A stretch of 64,000 nucleotides of DNA, taken from Raillietiella orientalis (lineage: Eukaryota). Position 1 is the first letter of the stretch, and the number at the start of each line of letters is the position of its first letter. The stretch is taken from assembly GCA_036172245.1 (NCBI GenBank), contig JAYWIR010000018.1, positions 1,736,001-1,800,000 on the forward strand, in the 5' to 3' direction. This document shows positions 61,347-64,000 of this stretch, piece after piece. Under the pieces are notes generated by a model that saw nothing but the letters and a program-made list of their open reading frames with translations, ran no database searches and was not told the origin of the DNA. Made by a program: the position numbers and the translations under genes.

Positions 61347-64000
61347 TGGTTGGAAACAAGCAGCAATAGAGGAAGAGCGGCACTAAGACTGTTAGCGGCC
61401 AAAGCCACATTCTAGAAACAAACAATAGCAGCAAAAGCAAAGTAAGAAGGAAAAAAACAGAGAAAAAGATCGTTTGCTGTTCTCCCGCGTGTTTGTCACA
61501 GTCTATTTACATTTCAGCAAAGGGTATCTTTCTCATCATCCCATCCATCATGCCATATCATAATACAAAAATGACAAGCAGCAGAAGTACGTATCATGCA
61601 GGAAGGAAACGCTTTCTTTCGTTTCCAATAAGCGTTCCTAAGGAAGAAAAAAGAGAGAGAGAAAGAAAAAAGCGAAATCAGAACATTTATAAGTACGTAT
61701 GAGACATTTGTCAACACGGAAAATGATGAGCAAGGAAACCAAATAATCTGGGGAAGAAGGAAAGGAAGGGAAAAAAATGGAAACTTGAAATGAAAAGACC
61801 AGAAGTCGTTTTTGAGTACAAAAAAGTTTGCAAAAACATTTTGAGTATCGGAAACGAAAGGACTTATTCAGCAAATTTTTCCGGGAAGGAGAAGAAAGGA
61901 TGCTCCAAATAACGTAAAACATATTTGCATTGGAATGTCATTTTTCCGAGAGCTGCTTCCCCATGGTCGATCACAGTGATCGTAAATTTCCGTATTCTTT
62001 TAATTTCGGTCCTTTTCATTGAGAAACGAAAGCACAAAACCAAAGCAAGTTGATATGACAATTACCTTCTCTAATTGCATTCACTGTACTTCAAATTCTG
62101 CCGATTTGCCTTCCCTCTAAGGAACGTTCGTGTATGCACAGTTTAATTAGCGTGCGTTTCCTGTTGAAGCTATGCGTGAAATTGGAATGTCATTTTGGAT
62201 TTTTCCAATGTGTGGGGAATGCGTCGTCTACATATCTTCAAGCTTGTTTTCCTGTCTTTCGGTTTCTCTCGATCTAATCCAAAATATTTATTTGCCCGGA
62301 GATGCACCCTCCTGCGCTGAATGTCATCACCGTCAGTATCTTTTGGGCACTGCCTGTGATGCTCAGCTTCCATTACCATATTTTATGGAAAGTCATCAGT
62401 ATAGGCGCGAAACGATATCAACAGTTGATCCTTCGACTAGGACATTCTACTGGTTTTCACGCTTGAAAAACCAAGCACAAACCCAACCAACCATTCACAC
62501 ATTTAGACGATAGAGACCATTAGCTAAGAAAGTGAGTGCTAACAAGCAGTGTCAACTGCCTGAATTCGTTCCATCAGAGCTCTCTCCATCAGGCCAATTT
62601 TAAATTTCCTCCAAACTCGCGGAACGGCAGCAAGTTCCAGAGAAGAAGTCTACCTCGGAAACAAAGTATTTATTCTATTATTTTTTGTTCTTAATGGGCA
62701 TATTAATAAGAGGCACATGAACGGTCGGATGCTTTTAAGCCCAGCTTGCACTAATGAATGCACATTTTAAGGACTGCTTGGGCATATCTTCCTTTGCTTA
62801 GCATTGATGGGCGCCGGGTTGATTGCCGTGTTAAATAAACACCACTTCACGACGAAGGCTTACTTGTAAGCCTGCTTACTACAGGGATGCCAAGTCCTTA
62901 TTTCTCAATCCCTGCTTCCCGTCCTGATGCAGGTAACCCGAAAACTCATTCACATTGTAACCGAAGCGAATCAAAGTCCACGAGAAAGTCAACAGTGCCG
63001 GGTGTTTTGCTGACACGGTAAACACGATCTGCTAATGAGCACTTATTAATTAGTTGTGCCCATCCACATCGAAATGAGCTCCCAGTGTTCTCACTGGATT
63101 TCCTTCCGATTCACTTCAGGAGGTCGCAGCATCCGATACAGAATCATCTTCGCTCGACACAATTTCGATTCCAGAAATTTCACAAAGAATTCGAGAGGAA
63201 AAAGAAGATGAGGTGGTAACTAGGATTGTGGTTAGCTGCACCCGGGGCTGATCCGTCAGGTTGCTTCCAGAGGTCGTAAAGAATCCCACCCGCTGGTTCC
63301 TGCATTTTGTTTTAGTTTATTTATTTATTTATTTTTTTTTGCACGGTGCCTTCGAGGAGCGACGGCGGAAGCGCAAATGAATCCTGCGTTTTCTCGCTGA
63401 CGAAACAATTATGTCGGGATGCTGCCGGGATCTCCTCAGCAGCTCCAGGTTCGTCCGTACGGCATCGGCGCGTGTTGCCACGTTCGCGTTTCCGAACAGC
63501 TCGCCTCGCAGAGGGGCGTGACGCTGGACCGGGACCACTCTGCGAGCGAACTCCGCGCACATGTGCGGGGAAGTACGCGGAGAGGTAGGCGCGCTTATCA
63601 GCGGAGCGCGCCCCGGCCCTTCCCCGTTCCCAGCCCTCGCGCTGGCTGCCCCTTGTCAGCCGCGCGCGACTCCCGACGGGCGCGCTCGCTGAGGACGCCC
63701 GCTACGAACTGCGAGCAGCTTTTCGTTTTCCTACCCCCGAATTCCCGGTGGAGGAACAGGAAGCCACAGGACGCGACTCTAAGGCTCCAGTGGACTCTCG
63801 TTGCCGCCCGCGGGGGTGGGAACTAGGGGAGGCTTCCAGAATGGGCCGGGAGTGGTCTCGGGGGCTGGTGCAGGGGGTCCTCCGTGCTTCCTTCACACCG
63901 GAAACCTCTCCCCGATCCTGGGAGCTCTCCCGTCCGGAAGAGCCGCTTGCAAAGGGGCGGGTGAGGGGTGGAGCACCCCTCTCTGTCTTCTGCAAGCACA

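Noticed and set aside
61930..62197. Short direct repeat ttggaatgtcatttt (two copies)
   Set aside because: Only about 15 nt, two copies, with no array or element structure; not CRISPR-like.
62856..62873. Hairpin aggcttac-tt-gtaagcct, and scattered CTGATGA words as hammerhead ribozyme cores
   Set aside because: Short stem only; no CTGATGA...GAAA core with supporting helices was found.

Overview
Eukaryotic (animal, probably invertebrate) genomic DNA with three compositional zones. (1) About 1-25,220 is GC- and CpG-rich (sampled lines 58-70% GC). It contains no intact gene that I can support. It reads as a dense pile of heavily decayed L1-clade (Tx1-like) non-LTR retrotransposon fragments in both orientations, mixed with polypurine/polypyrimidine tracts and CpG-dense patches. 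(2) About 25,220-55,900 is AT-rich and holds two intact host genes placed head-to-head: STRIP/FAM40 (STRIPAK subunit; minus strand, 11 coding exons, 784 aa) and THUMPD3 (tRNA m2G methyltransferase; plus strand, 8 coding exons, 389 aa). Both genes have many 38-52 nt introns. This zone also has CR1/L2-like and Ty3/gypsy relics. (3) About 55,900-64,000 becomes GC-richer again and includes a decayed but colinear ORF1-endonuclease-RT LINE. Both gene models were spliced by hand, and reading frame is kept across every GT-AG junction. Transposon calls rest on degenerate motifs recognised by eye across frameshifts, so confidence in them is moderate to low. I found no convincing evidence of a wholly new coding system; the best leads concern genome architecture.
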